64,000 nt of DNA from an uncultured virus (IMG/VR IMGVR_UViG_3300044825_003205) (IMGVR_UViG_3300044825_003205:62001-126000); one strand, 5' to 3'; shown: positions 1-10,447, counted from the stretch's first letter. Program-made: numbers and translations. The notes: generated by a model from the letters alone, not told the origin.

Positions 1-1095
1 CACGATTTTGTAATCATCAACTACGATATAATTAAAAACTTTCACGACCCAAAGAAAAAAGGGGAATCTAAGATATTAGAAGGAAAGTTTGATTTGGTAA
101 TAGTTGACGAAGCACATTATATCAAAAATGCTCAAGCTCAAAGAACAAAGTTAATAAATGACATTGTAAAAGATATCGAAAGGGTTTGGTTATTAACAGG
201 AACTCCGATGACATCAAGACCTATAGATTACTTCAACTTATTGAGTTTGGTTGACTCACCTGTTGCAAAAAATTGGATGGCTTATGTTATAAGATATTGT
301 GCGGGATATCAATTCAAAGTTGGCCCGAGAAAAGTGTGGAACGTCATGGGAGCGTCAAACTTAGAAGAATTAAGAGATAGAACAACAAACACAATATTAA
401 GAAGACTCAAAGAAGACGTGCTCGATTTACCTGAAAAAATAATAACACCAATCTATTTGAGATTGAAATCTAAAGAATATGAAAACTTGATGGGTGAGTA
501 TTACGAATGGTATAGAAGTAAGCCCGATGAATCCAATTCTCTCACCGTTCAGTTCACAAAACTTACAAAAGTAAGACAAGTTATAGCCAATGAAAAAACT
601 TTACAAACTATAGAATTGGCCGAGAACATAATTGAACAAGGAAAAAAAGTAATCATTTTTTGTAATTTCACAGAATCCTTAGATTCAATAGTTCAACACT
701 TCGGAAAGTCTGCGGTGAAGGTTAACGGTTCTATGTCCAAAGCTGAAAGACAAAATAGTGTAGACAGATTTCAAGAAGATGAGAAAGTCAAAGTGTTTGT
801 AGGCAACATCAAAGCGGCTGGTGTTGGTATAACTTTGACAGCAGCTGAAGCCGTTATTATGAATGATTTATCTTTCTTACCTTCCGACCACTCTCAGGCA
901 GAAGATAGAGCTTATCGTATTGGACAAAAGAACAATGTTCTTGTTTATTACCCTCTTTTCGAAAATACAATAGAAGGTTTGATTTACGATATTTTGATGG
1001 CAAAAAAACAAGTTATTGCCACGGTCATGGGTGATAATGTTAACAGTGCAGACTTCGTTGAAGAAATTATGAACAGAATCAACAAAGAGGCATAA
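1..1095 (+). CDS. SNF2/SWI2-family helicase (5' end truncated by window edge)
   Basis: Frame is open from position 1 (HDFVIINYDII). Contains DEAH motif II, LTGTP motif III, LRRLK, and C-terminal helicase motifs (GVGITLTAA, QAEDRAYRIGQ). Confidence 0.93.
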   Translation, partial: HDFVIINYDIIKNFHDPKKKGESKILEGKFDLVIVDEAHYIKNAQAQRTKLINDIVKDIERVWLLTGTPMTSRPIDYFNLLSLVDSPVAKNWMAYVIRYCAGYQFKVGPRKVWNVMGASNLEELRDRTTNTILRRLKEDVLDLPEKIITPIYLRLKSKEYENLMGEYYEWYRSKPDESNSLTVQFTKLTKVRQVIANEKTLQTIELAENIIEQGKKVIIFCNFTESLDSIVQHFGKSAVKVNGSMSKAERQNSVDRFQEDEKVKVFVGNIKAAGVGITLTAAEAVIMNDLSFLPSDHSQAEDRAYRIGQKNNVLVYYPLFENTIEGLIYDILMAKKQVIATVMGDNVNSADFVEEIMNRINKEA

Positions 1096-1127
1096 TAACA
1101 ATATTATCTATATAGATATTTATTGTT

Positions 1128-2249
1128 ATGTCAGTAATTGCAGAACCAGAAAGAAGTAAACTTTATACAAGAATCAAACATCTTTTAGGTGCACCGATAA
1201 GAAGTGTAGAAGTAGAAGATGAAATGATGGATTCATTGCTTGAATTAGCAATTGGAGATTACGAACAATATATATTGGATTGGTTAATTGAATCACAATG
1301 GGTTAACCTTGTTAATTTAGATATGAACAACCAATCAGTTGCCAACGCATTAATTACAAGAACTATGAACTTTGAACAACAGTTTCAATATTCATATTCG
1401 AAAATTGTTGGTCTTCAGACTAATGGTCCGTGGGTTCTGAAAAAAGACTATTTTACTTTAAGTGCAAATACACAAACTTATGAAATACCTGCAGGTCGTG
1501 AAGTGAATGAATTACTATGGTATAGTAATCAACCGTGGGGTCTTTTTGGATTAGCCGGTATGGGATTGGGTTTTGGATATGATGGTGCTGGTTTGGGTGC
1601 AAACCAATCGGGATATGCACAGTTTGGATACCAAGGTTCTTATTTTATGATGTCAGGATTCGACTACTTAGTTAGGGCTCAAGAAGCAAATATCTTGAAT
1701 AGAATTTTAGGTGGTAGTTTAACATACAGAATTACTGCATTACCTGATGGAAAAAAATTAGTTCATTTGATGAATACACCTAATGGTAGATTCAATTGGA
1801 CAAGTTATAGTCAATACGTTGGAAAAAATGTATGGTATTGGTACTACGATACTACAGGTAAAGATAGAAACGATTGTTTGAAGGCTAACCCCGATATTAT
1901 CAAATTACCTTCAGATGTACCTATTGGAGCTTTGGAGTGGGGAGACTTGAACGACCCTGCAAGACAATGGGTCCGTAGATGGTTCACAGCATATGTAAAA
2001 GAAACATTAGCAAGAGTTAGAGGAAAATATAGTGGAAACCTAAAAACTCCAGATTCCGAAATACAAATGGATTATCAAAGTTTGTTAACGGAAGCAAAAG
2101 ATGAAAAGGCTAAATTAGAAGAAGAGTTGAAACTAAGATTAGAAAGACTTAGACCGGAGAAGCAAATGGAGAAAGAAGCATTGATTGCTGAAAATTTGAA
2201 CAAACAACTTAAGTTTCACGCTTTCCCTCGACAGATTTATGTAATATAA
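1128..2249 (+). CDS. neck/head-completion protein (T4 gp13-like)
   Basis: N-terminal LGAP..VE..DE motif and C-terminal KETLARVRGKYSG...LLTEAKDEKAKLEEEL resemble gp13 neck proteins. Preceded by the TATTTAT late motif. Confidence 0.7.
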   Translation: MSVIAEPERSKLYTRIKHLLGAPIRSVEVEDEMMDSLLELAIGDYEQYILDWLIESQWVNLVNLDMNNQSVANALITRTMNFEQQFQYSYSKIVGLQTNGPWVLKKDYFTLSANTQTYEIPAGREVNELLWYSNQPWGLFGLAGMGLGFGYDGAGLGANQSGYAQFGYQGSYFMMSGFDYLVRAQEANILNRILGGSLTYRITALPDGKKLVHLMNTPNGRFNWTSYSQYVGKNVWYWYYDTTGKDRNDCLKANPDIIKLPSDVPIGALEWGDLNDPARQWVRRWFTAYVKETLARVRGKYSGNLKTPDSEIQMDYQSLLTEAKDEKAKLEEELKLRLERLRPEKQMEKEALIAENLNKQLKFHAFPRQIYVI

Positions 2250-2255
2250 TTTAGT

Positions 2256-2591
2256 ATGGCAATTATTAAAAGTATTCCCTCACAGAAACTTATCCATGGT
2301 AAGTTATTAAAAACTTCAGAAGTTTCAATTGTTTCAGAAAGTGACTATTCAACACAAGGAGAAGATTGTATTATTGTTAAAGCAATACCATTTTCAACAA
2401 TAACTTTAAATTCTCGTACAACTGACCATACGGTAGTGAAAGCACTTACAAATATTATCATCAAACCTGATGTCAATAAAATTGATGAGGAATTTGATGA
2501 AATAGAAATGGGTAGAGGTGCGTGTGTTGAATTTAGATTTTGTGGTAACTCGTGGTATATTTTATCCTCAGACGGTTTAAAACAATCATAA
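2256..2591 (+). CDS. small hypothetical protein, possibly a beta-rich virion accessory protein
   Basis: 111 aa ORF directly after the neck gene, with a C-terminal pattern (ID..FDEI.M..GACVEF.F.G.SWYILS) like tail-fibre/baseplate repeats. Confidence 0.5.
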   Translation: MAIIKSIPSQKLIHGKLLKTSEVSIVSESDYSTQGEDCIIVKAIPFSTITLNSRTTDHTVVKALTNIIIKPDVNKIDEEFDEIEMGRGACVEFRFCGNSWYILSSDGLKQS

Positions 2592-2593
2592 AG

Positions 2594-2623
2594 AAAAAGG
2601 AATATGAAAACATATTCCTTTTT
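2594..2623. terminator. bidirectional intrinsic terminator
   Basis: Perfect hairpin AAAAAGGAATATG-AAAA-CATATTCCTTTTT between convergent genes. Confidence 0.85.
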
Positions 2624-2626
2624 AAT

Positions 2627-5401
2627 TTAAGTTAGTATGGATTCCCACCCTTCTTCTGCAAGTTCGTACATGTAATCAGGTTTGAGACCACGTCTCTCCC
2701 AATAATTTAATTCTTGTTCTGTAACATCTAACACATCTTTTTGTAAATCATCTTGGTCTCCTTCACCTAACGGGTGACCATTGATAAGTTCACATTGTGA
2801 TGTTGTAAAAATACCTCTCTCATGTGGTTCAGAAACAATCAATCCATTTCTAACTTCATCTTTAAAAACGACCAATAGGGGTTCGATTCTTTTATTGAAA
2901 GTAGTAATTGCTCTCGGTACGTTATAGTCTCCGGTCAATTCAGGGTCTTTATCCAAGATATCTTTATCTAACATATAACAATTGACCATTACACCCTCTG
3001 TTATAGGTTTCGATTTTGGGTTATTGTGTAAGTTAATTGCATTTGTATCTTTAATTTGTTTTGCTGTCATTTTCTGCACATCACCTTGAGAAGCCTTTGT
3101 TCCGTTATTAACATACATAATAACGTCACCTAAGTTTACGGTAAGATTATTCTGAATCGCCAACTCCATGTGAGCCATTCTTGACATTGAGTTTCCCGCC
3201 TTGGTCTTTGTTGTCAACCTTTTGATGTAATCATCAACACTGAGTTTTACTTTAGCTCTCTGAGCAATTTTAGACAAAGGGATTTTTTTCTCATATATCT
3301 TAGTCAGATATTCATAATAATATTCTATAAATTCTTTACCCTCACCATGTAACAACATCTTAATTCCTTTATCCAAAAACTCTTCAATATACAGAGGAAG
3401 TTTCTTCGATTTGATGCTATTACCCGTCAATTTTATTTTTCCCTTAGCATCCATTACCGCATAATTCTTTCGAGCTAGATTAATACACGAAGGCCAAACA
3501 CCATCAGTATCTAACGCCATTTCCCCTCTCATGAATATATCATTGTATTCTGCAACGTCCGCCTCAGGACCCTTGTAGACTTTTCCCTTCTTAACTTTCC
3601 AATTCAACCCACGACCAACATATTCTCTTTCATTTGCATCATCAGGACTTGAAAAGTTCACACCATCCGTATCCATCACGAGTGGAACATATCCTTTCGT
3701 CATGAAAAACTTAATCATCTGACGGAGATATTGTCTACCAGTACAAGTAATTTGTTCACCCATATACATGTCACCCCAAGCAAATACCTGTGGTGCCGAC
3801 AACGCACCGAACATGGAGTTGATGAATATTTTGATTGGTAATTGTTTGTTGGAGTACGATTCTGACTTTTTCTTGTCCGTCTCATAAAACTCTTCAGCTA
3901 GTTGTTTGTATTTGATACGAGTGTCTCTGAAATACTTTAACATTCCTTTCATTGCACCCGTCACATCACAGTCAGGAAAAACATCGTGTACGAGCTGAAT
4001 TGAGGGGTATAGAGACGAGAAGTCCAACTTGAGAACATTCTTACTGTATCCGACCTTAAGTAGTCTAGAAAGACCTCCTACGAAGTCTGTCTTACCTTGT
4101 TTAGCTGGTATTGCTAAATTGTTTTTATACGACCAAGCCAACATCAACATTTTCCACAAAGTTGCAGTTCCCATCGTTGAGACTCTTTCGTAGGTTGTTG
4201 GAATCATCGCGGCGAGTAAGAAAGAACCTTGGTTGAACTCTTTATCAACCGCCAAAGTTTCTTCCAAGTCATCGTCAAGATATCTTTCAACAATATCATC
4301 ACCTGTTGTTTTGATATAAACGCCAGGGAATTTAATATCTAAATCCTTATAATCAGCAGCCTTTTTATATTTTCCGTTTTTAACATTCAACCAATATTCT
4401 TCTTTCTCATGGTACATTTTACCAATGTTTGTATGGTCGATATATACACGGTCAGGAGCCTCAGCATTAATAAATGTTGTTATATATTTAAGACCTGCAG
4501 ATTTAATACTTGAGTTAATAGCCTGTGCTCTACGAACCGCATGGATAATATCAATAACGTTGTATCCCCATATTGAAGTTTGAGTGTAGGTTTCTACCTC
4601 ATTCGCCAACTTCAACATATTATCTTTCCTCGTATATGAATGTTCAGGATGCAATGACTTACAAACATTTTTAGCATTAATTCCGAGAATTCTACATCTC
4701 TCAAAAATCCAATGCCAGTCGAAGTTTGCAGAGTTATAACCCCCAATGATACTTGGTTTTATTTCATTGATGATATTAAAGAATTCTATTATGGCTCCCT
4801 TCTCTTGAGACTCGTCCAAGCATTCAATTACCTTATGGTATCCTTTGTTAGTTTTAATTCCAATCATGAATATCCTACCGTCCTTAGGGTCCAAAGCATC
4901 TGTTTCTAAGTCGAATACCAATCGGGTCACTTGTTCATAATCTTCAAACCCTTTGAAAAGTCTTTTTTCTTTGGAAATTAAATATTGCTCTACGGGTGGT
5001 AGAATCAATAACTTATCTTTTGTCTTGTCACCCCAAGGGTCAACACCACCATCTCTGAAGAACTGGACTAACTCTCTATACCCTTTCAAAGACTTAACCA
5101 TAAAAGTTAAACCATTTTTGAGTCTTTCATTATCTTGGGTTTCTAATTTTTCAATCATGATTCCATATTTTGTCATAGCCTCTTTTTGTGCCATTTTGGA
5201 ATCATTATAGAACTTTAAACCTCTGAGGTCTCCAACCCAAGCAAACGGAATAAAGGTATCTTTTCTAATTTCTTTACCCTTACCAGGTATTTCTTTTATT
5301 TTGTAAATGGAGTTAGAAACATAATCGAATTCTATCGCAACAATGAATTCTTCGGGGTCATTTCCATGTAGGAACGACTCAATAACTTCGTTAGATATCA
5401 T
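2627..5401 (-). CDS. polB: family B DNA polymerase
   Basis: Exonuclease motifs FDLET, GYNSANFD and YLDDD. Polymerase motifs DFSSLYPSI, KIFINSMFG and MDTDG; KNYA. Confidence 0.96.
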   Translation of the reverse strand: MISNEVIESFLHGNDPEEFIVAIEFDYVSNSIYKIKEIPGKGKEIRKDTFIPFAWVGDLRGLKFYNDSKMAQKEAMTKYGIMIEKLETQDNERLKNGLTFMVKSLKGYRELVQFFRDGGVDPWGDKTKDKLLILPPVEQYLISKEKRLFKGFEDYEQVTRLVFDLETDALDPKDGRIFMIGIKTNKGYHKVIECLDESQEKGAIIEFFNIINEIKPSIIGGYNSANFDWHWIFERCRILGINAKNVCKSLHPEHSYTRKDNMLKLANEVETYTQTSIWGYNVIDIIHAVRRAQAINSSIKSAGLKYITTFINAEAPDRVYIDHTNIGKMYHEKEEYWLNVKNGKYKKAADYKDLDIKFPGVYIKTTGDDIVERYLDDDLEETLAVDKEFNQGSFLLAAMIPTTYERVSTMGTATLWKMLMLAWSYKNNLAIPAKQGKTDFVGGLSRLLKVGYSKNVLKLDFSSLYPSIQLVHDVFPDCDVTGAMKGMLKYFRDTRIKYKQLAEEFYETDKKKSESYSNKQLPIKIFINSMFGALSAPQVFAWGDMYMGEQITCTGRQYLRQMIKFFMTKGYVPLVMDTDGVNFSSPDDANEREYVGRGLNWKVKKGKVYKGPEADVAEYNDIFMRGEMALDTDGVWPSCINLARKNYAVMDAKGKIKLTGNSIKSKKLPLYIEEFLDKGIKMLLHGEGKEFIEYYYEYLTKIYEKKIPLSKIAQRAKVKLSVDDYIKRLTTKTKAGNSMSRMAHMELAIQNNLTVNLGDVIMYVNNGTKASQGDVQKMTAKQIKDTNAINLHNNPKSKPITEGVMVNCYMLDKDILDKDPELTGDYNVPRAITTFNKRIEPLLVVFKDEVRNGLIVSEPHERGIFTTSQCELINGHPLGEGDQDDLQKDVLDVTEQELNYWERRGLKPDYMYELAEEGWESILT

Positions 5402-5414
5402 AATTTATATTTTA

Positions 5415-5460
5415 AGTGACACATTAGCTTCCACTCTGAAGTGAAATTTGTCTTCACTGT
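5415..5460 (-). promoter_or_regulatory. structured 5' leader of DNA polymerase (hairpin, possible pseudoknot)
   Basis: On the minus strand, AGTGAA-GACAAAT-TTCACT forms a hairpin whose loop can pair with downstream ATGTGTC near the start codon. Confidence 0.4.
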
Positions 5461-5490
5461 AAATATAGAAAAAAATATCTACTTACCAAA

Positions 5491-5868
5491 TTAACAACAT
5501 GGTTCGGTCGAAATAAAGCTGTCTTGAACATTGATGTAAAGTTCTTCCCTGAGAGGTAACATCAAATTTCCTTCATCATTCTTCAAGAGGAATTGACCTT
5601 GATACCTACCAACTTGATTAGTATCTCTAGCACTAAATTGGTAATAAATATAATATTCGGGAGTTGCACCGGCAGGTAACGTTAAAGGCACTATACTACA
5701 AGGTGCTGATACAATTTTTGCAATACCTGTTGAGGTGTTAACCATTGAAAAATAAATTGTAGACACCTCTAGACTTTCCATTATTTCAAGGTATCCACTT
5801 CTACCATCCTTAACAACTTGCATTTTAAGAACAGGGAGGGTTGCATTTTTTTTAATAAAAAATTCCAT
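5491..5868 (-). CDS. BppU-like Ig-fold baseplate/fibre adaptor protein
   Basis: FFIKKNATLP.L...YYIYYQF...DT...GRYQGQF pattern. Start moved to ATG at 5868, 4 nt after a TATTTAT motif. Confidence 0.55.
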   Translation of the reverse strand: MEFFIKKNATLPVLKMQVVKDGRSGYLEIMESLEVSTIYFSMVNTSTGIAKIVSAPCSIVPLTLPAGATPEYYIYYQFSARDTNQVGRYQGQFLLKNDEGNLMLPLREELYINVQDSFISTEPCC

Positions 5869-5884
5869 AACAATAAATATATTG

Positions 5885-7558
5885 CTAGGATTCTTTACGC
5901 AACTTACCATCGTAATGTTCAAACCTATTGTGTTCAGTCGGTGTTAAAAGAAGTAATCCAGGATTAAACTCATCCTTCTTAATAAGTTGATACATATAAC
6001 TCATCCAAGTTTGTTCAAAAGGATGAGCCCATACTGTTTCTAAAAACATTTTTTTGTTTCCAAGTTTACTAACTATTTGTGGCCAATTACAATAATAAAC
6101 ATCTCCGTTTGTGTATGGTACACCCTTATGAGAAATTATATTTTTATACACCGCTTTTGGGGCGTTAGGGTCCAAACCTATTTCAGGTAATCTGTTTTTT
6201 TCGGGCCAAAATTGTTCTCTTACGTTTTGTGGAACATTATACCAAGCCCACTGTGTACCATTATCACCAAAAAATTCACTATAGTTTAATTTCAGATAAT
6301 CAAAATTTTCTTTTTTTGATATTTCGAGAGAAAGTTGATATAAATTCGGAACAAATCTGTTAAATCCATTTCTACATACACCTGAATTAGGATAAAAAAA
6401 CATGTCATCCTCGAAAAAAAACATGTAATCTAACTCAGTTTCTTCAAAATGTTTTGCAATAAATTGTCTACCTCCACAGATACCCAAATTACCTTCCTCA
6501 GGTATTATATGTTCAAAATCATACTCTTCACAAATACTATTATACTCGTCATATGTAGACTGGTCGGTAGAATTATTTAAAAGATATTTTTTAGGTTTTT
6601 CGATAAAAGTTTTATCATATTTTAACATTGAGTCTATTAAGGTTCTGAATTGTTTTGGAGAATTAAAAGTTATCACATAAAGACCTACCTTATTTATATC
6701 CAAATTATTTACCTTTAAACTTTTGTTTTCTGTTTTAACTAATAGATTGTCATTTTTAAGATTTTCAAAAAAAGTACCAATCAATCCATTATCCTGTATT
6801 TCAAAATAATTTATCAAATCCGAATGTTTGTAGGTCATAATTGTAAAAATTGATTCCTCCGTACCCATGTAACCTTCGTCCAAAGTTGATTTCAATAAAC
6901 CGTAATATATACTATTCATCTCAGAAATGCTGTCTTTTGGCCCTCCAAAAAAACCGGCTCTTGCAACTTTATTCACTTTAGCATTAACAATCTTTGATAA
7001 CTTATCATATTTAAAACCATGAATTTCTGAATTTGTCTCATAAGGAAAACAAATAAATGAAAACTTAGAAATATACTTCTTTAGTTTAGAAAGCACTTTG
7101 TCGTGAGTAAAATATCCAGCATGAACTGTGGAAGTTAAACCGCCGTCAATCCAAAACATATAATCTGAATTAAATTGGTCCATTATTTTTGCATCATGTA
7201 GTAAAAACATTTTCGACATGACTAACGGGTTGTAGTTTTCCAATTTTGCCTGAGTAGACTCTGAAAGCCAACCGACTTGATTATACCAATCAGGATTAGT
7301 TCTAATTTTTTGAATCTTATCAAAAAACTCATTGTTCCTAAACCAATTCAAATCACGAACAATGAATTGAGTGTTTTCAGGATTTCTTCTTTCGAAGACA
7401 AATTTTTTCAGTTCTTCGTCACCGAAAATTATCATATTTTCAGAAACCTTGAGGAGTTGTTCAAACTTATCTAAATAATGACTGAAAGGTCTTGACCAAC
7501 CTTCCGATAAATCTTTTCTACCAATATCCCAAATACCTGTTACTAATGTTATTGACAT
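5885..7558 (-). CDS. HtrL/YibB-like domain fused to GT-A (GT2-like) glycosyltransferase
   Basis: N-terminal TLVTGIWDIGR..W.R.F..YL..F, WIDGG and GFFGG; C-terminal domain with FFEDD motif. Confidence 0.7.
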   Translation of the reverse strand: MSITLVTGIWDIGRKDLSEGWSRPFSHYLDKFEQLLKVSENMIIFGDEELKKFVFERRNPENTQFIVRDLNWFRNNEFFDKIQKIRTNPDWYNQVGWLSESTQAKLENYNPLVMSKMFLLHDAKIMDQFNSDYMFWIDGGLTSTVHAGYFTHDKVLSKLKKYISKFSFICFPYETNSEIHGFKYDKLSKIVNAKVNKVARAGFFGGPKDSISEMNSIYYGLLKSTLDEGYMGTEESIFTIMTYKHSDLINYFEIQDNGLIGTFFENLKNDNLLVKTENKSLKVNNLDINKVGLYVITFNSPKQFRTLIDSMLKYDKTFIEKPKKYLLNNSTDQSTYDEYNSICEEYDFEHIIPEEGNLGICGGRQFIAKHFEETELDYMFFFEDDMFFYPNSGVCRNGFNRFVPNLYQLSLEISKKENFDYLKLNYSEFFGDNGTQWAWYNVPQNVREQFWPEKNRLPEIGLDPNAPKAVYKNIISHKGVPYTNGDVYYCNWPQIVSKLGNKKMFLETVWAHPFEQTWMSYMYQLIKKDEFNPGLLLLTPTEHNRFEHYDGKLRKES

Positions 7559-7560
7559 AA

Positions 7561-8196
7561 TTATTTTTTAACTTTACAAACCCAAACTACATTGTCGAAT
7601 ATATCTTTATCATATTCAACCAAATTATTTTTTTCACAACTTTCAACCAAATCAGAATCAGAAATCTCATGCCAATTCCAAACCTTTTTATATATTTTTT
7701 CTTCGAAAACCTCTCTATTTTCTGAATAATCGTGAGCTAATATAAAGTCCCCTTCTTTCAGAAAATCGGACAAAAGATTAAATTCTTTAATTTTGTTCCC
7801 TCCATCACAAAGTACTATAGTAATACCATCTTCCTTTATAAAAGAAATTACTTCATCTTTCAATTTAGTATATTCGTTGTCGAAAATATTTTCAGTTCTG
7901 ATGTCAACGCCTGAATCTCTCATTTCTTGATACCAAGGGTGAGAAATAATATCATAGGATATCAATTTACAATCTAATCCAATTTTTTTAATCGTGTAAT
8001 CTAAAAAACAAGTAAACCCACCAAGTGAAGTTCCAATTTCTAATATTCTTGAGGGTTTAACTTTACAGATGAAATTGTGAAAAACTTCAAAAACGTTCGG
8101 ATTTTGTTGGGCCGCCCATCCATCAAATGTTGAAATACTATCGTTAAATTCTAAATTAGATTTTTTTGTGACTTTATCTTCGAACTGACAATTCAT
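7561..8196 (-). CDS. class I SAM-dependent methyltransferase (CmcI/Methyltransf_24-like)
   Basis: ILEIGTSLGG, LCDGG and LAHDY motifs. Confidence 0.75.
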   Translation of the reverse strand: MNCQFEDKVTKKSNLEFNDSISTFDGWAAQQNPNVFEVFHNFICKVKPSRILEIGTSLGGFTCFLDYTIKKIGLDCKLISYDIISHPWYQEMRDSGVDIRTENIFDNEYTKLKDEVISFIKEDGITIVLCDGGNKIKEFNLLSDFLKEGDFILAHDYSENREVFEEKIYKKVWNWHEISDSDLVESCEKNNLVEYDKDIFDNVVWVCKVKK

Positions 8197-9053
8197 AGTT
8201 GTATGATTTTTTTTAATGGGTTATATTCTGAAAAATATCTATTTTTAATTTTTCTTAATCCTTCTATTTTTTCTGAATAAATTTTATCAGAATTATCATT
8301 AATGTAAATTAAAAGTTTTTTTATTTCTTTCAAGTCATTAATATCTTCAATTAAAATATACCCATCTTCAGGATAAATTTCTTTTATATTTTTACATCCA
8401 AAATAGATTGGTATGGTATCTGTCAAAATACAATCATAGAATTTTTCACTTATCCAATTTTTTTGATACTCGTTTTCAATTGAAATATTGAACTTGTAAT
8501 CTATTAAAGCATCGTGTCTTTTAGGACTGTTCTTCCAACCACCATAGACTTCAACAAAGTCTAACTCATTAATTAATTCTGCAATAGCATATCTTTCAGG
8601 ATACAAACAATTCTCCCCCAACTTCTGATTCAAGGAAGTTATAGAAGAAGATATATTTTTGTTTTTGGTTGTCTTAAACTTTGATAAATTATCAAATGAC
8701 CAAAATTCTAAAGGGTCCATCCAAGGACCCCTCCCACCATAAAAAGTATGTGCTACAGTTTCAACACATTTTACATTATAAAAGGAAGAATCGAACCCAA
8801 AAACTGTGACATTTTCATTAAAATTTTTTTGATGACTGCCAGAAAAAGTTGGTTCGTGAGGAAATACGTAACCTTTAGCACCGTCTCTAACACTCTGAGT
8901 CATATAATTAAAAAAAACTATGGTATCATAACTTTCGTCAAACACAAACTCTATTTGTGTTAAATCTATGTCAGGTGTTTTGAATTGTTTCAACAATCTA
9001 TCCAAAATGTTTTCAGGGGTATCCCAACCGGCACAAATTTTAATTTTTTTCAT
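8193..9053 (-). CDS. GT10 (alpha-1,3-fucosyltransferase-like) glycosyltransferase
   Basis: YKFNISIENE...WISEKFYDC....TIPIYFG, the GT10 signature. Confidence 0.8.
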   Translation of the reverse strand: MKKIKICAGWDTPENILDRLLKQFKTPDIDLTQIEFVFDESYDTIVFFNYMTQSVRDGAKGYVFPHEPTFSGSHQKNFNENVTVFGFDSSFYNVKCVETVAHTFYGGRGPWMDPLEFWSFDNLSKFKTTKNKNISSSITSLNQKLGENCLYPERYAIAELINELDFVEVYGGWKNSPKRHDALIDYKFNISIENEYQKNWISEKFYDCILTDTIPIYFGCKNIKEIYPEDGYILIEDINDLKEIKKLLIYINDNSDKIYSEKIEGLRKIKNRYFSEYNPLKKIIQL

Positions 9054-9697
9054 TTAACCTTTTGAATTTTTGATTTTTTATTTTGAAAAACTAAATCCAC
9101 TTGAATTAAATCCTGACCGTAATGTCTATGTAGCTCAATCACTTCATATAATCTGAAATCATTTTTTAAAAATTCGAAAATATTTTCGACCAAACAACCA
9201 CCAATATTATATTCAACTAATGAACATTCTAATTCGATAAACTCAATCTCTTTTAACATATCACCCAATCCCTGCATTATTAAAATCTCCGAACCTTGTG
9301 TGTCTATTTTCAGTAAATCTATTTTAGTTATGTTCTTTTCTGAACAAAGACTTTCTAAAGTTTTTGTAATCCTTTTTTCTTCGATTGTATTATGTGGCAT
9401 ATAGTGCTGAGTATCTTCTTTAAAAATTGAATCCCCTGTACAAAGACCTTCAACTTTCTTGTAGAAAATAATTTCCTCCCCATCTTTGTTGGATAATACT
9501 TCTATGGCACAATCATTAGTATTTGGAAAACACCCGTTTTCATTCCAATCATTTGCATCAATTCCAAGTACAAAAGAGTTATTGAAAACTGATTTTATTG
9601 AACCTGACCATTCTCCCTTACAAGCTCCACAATCCACTATTACATTTGGATTGAATCCTAAATTCTTAATTCTATTATAAACAAATTCTCTACTCAT
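9050..9697 (-). CDS. FkbM-family methyltransferase
   Basis: VDCGACKG, IDLLKIDTQGSE and IQVDLVF. Confidence 0.88.
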   Translation of the reverse strand: MSREFVYNRIKNLGFNPNVIVDCGACKGEWSGSIKSVFNNSFVLGIDANDWNENGCFPNTNDCAIEVLSNKDGEEIIFYKKVEGLCTGDSIFKEDTQHYMPHNTIEEKRITKTLESLCSEKNITKIDLLKIDTQGSEILIMQGLGDMLKEIEFIELECSLVEYNIGGCLVENIFEFLKNDFRLYEVIELHRHYGQDLIQVDLVFQNKKSKIQKVK

Positions 9698-9703
9698 AAA
9701 ATT

Positions 9704-10447
9704 TTACCTTTTGTTACCATTGAATATGAAACCAAATTGTGTTTGTAGGTCTCCCGAATGTAAGTCAAACATATTATCATACCCCGCAAATTTTGCAGAT
9801 ATACCTATTTCGAAACCATCACCCCAACTACCATTACCACCATTTTGACTTTGCATGATAGAATTTAATTCACTCCATTTATTTGCAAACAATTCTAATT
9901 TTTGTTTATCATATTTGAAAATTAAAAAATGTTCACTTGGTAAACAAGAATCTATAAGTCTATCATTCATATCCCAACTCAAAACACCATATGAATGTAT
10001 TTTGTGACTAAACAAACAACTACCAATGTTTTTTAATTGTGCAATTTCACCTCTCAAAACACAATTAAGTCTAGTTGCAACAGAATCATGAGATTCCATC
10101 AAAGACTTTAACCTTTCGTCAGAGACATCATTCCAAAATGTGTGTTTTATATCCCCATCCACATAAAAAATAACATCATATCCTTCAGGGATGTCTTTGA
10201 ATGCCAAATATTTTAGATTGTAATTAAATTCTGACCCTCCCTTATATAACAAAATTGAATCGGCAGGAACATTATTCCTTACAATCAATCTTTCGTTATT
10301 TATGTCTTCGAAGAAAGAAACATCATTCGTTGTTAACAAAATGTCGTGTTTGGTGTTTGACAATAATTCATTTATCAAATCTTTCGATGCATTCAAATAC
10401 ATTTGTCTATCTGTGGCTAATGATAGTATTGTGAATAATATTTTCAT
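9704..10447 (-). CDS. putative GT-A fold glycosyltransferase
   Basis: FNYNLK...YDVIFYVDGD DxD motif, in a glycosylation cluster. Confidence 0.5.
   Translation of the reverse strand: MKILFTILSLATDRQMYLNASKDLINELLSNTKHDILLTTNDVSFFEDINNERLIVRNNVPADSILLYKGGSEFNYNLKYLAFKDIPEGYDVIFYVDGDIKHTFWNDVSDERLKSLMESHDSVATRLNCVLRGEIAQLKNIGSCLFSHKIHSYGVLSWDMNDRLIDSCLPSEHFLIFKYDKQKLELFANKWSELNSIMQSQNGGNGSWGDGFEIGISAKFAGYDNMFDLHSGDLQTQFGFIFNGNKR

Noticed and set aside
5415..5460. Known riboswitch or ribozyme (SAM-II, preQ1, hammerhead) in the polB leader
   Set aside because: Only fragmentary matches (AGCUAA, CUGAAG); the required cores are missing.
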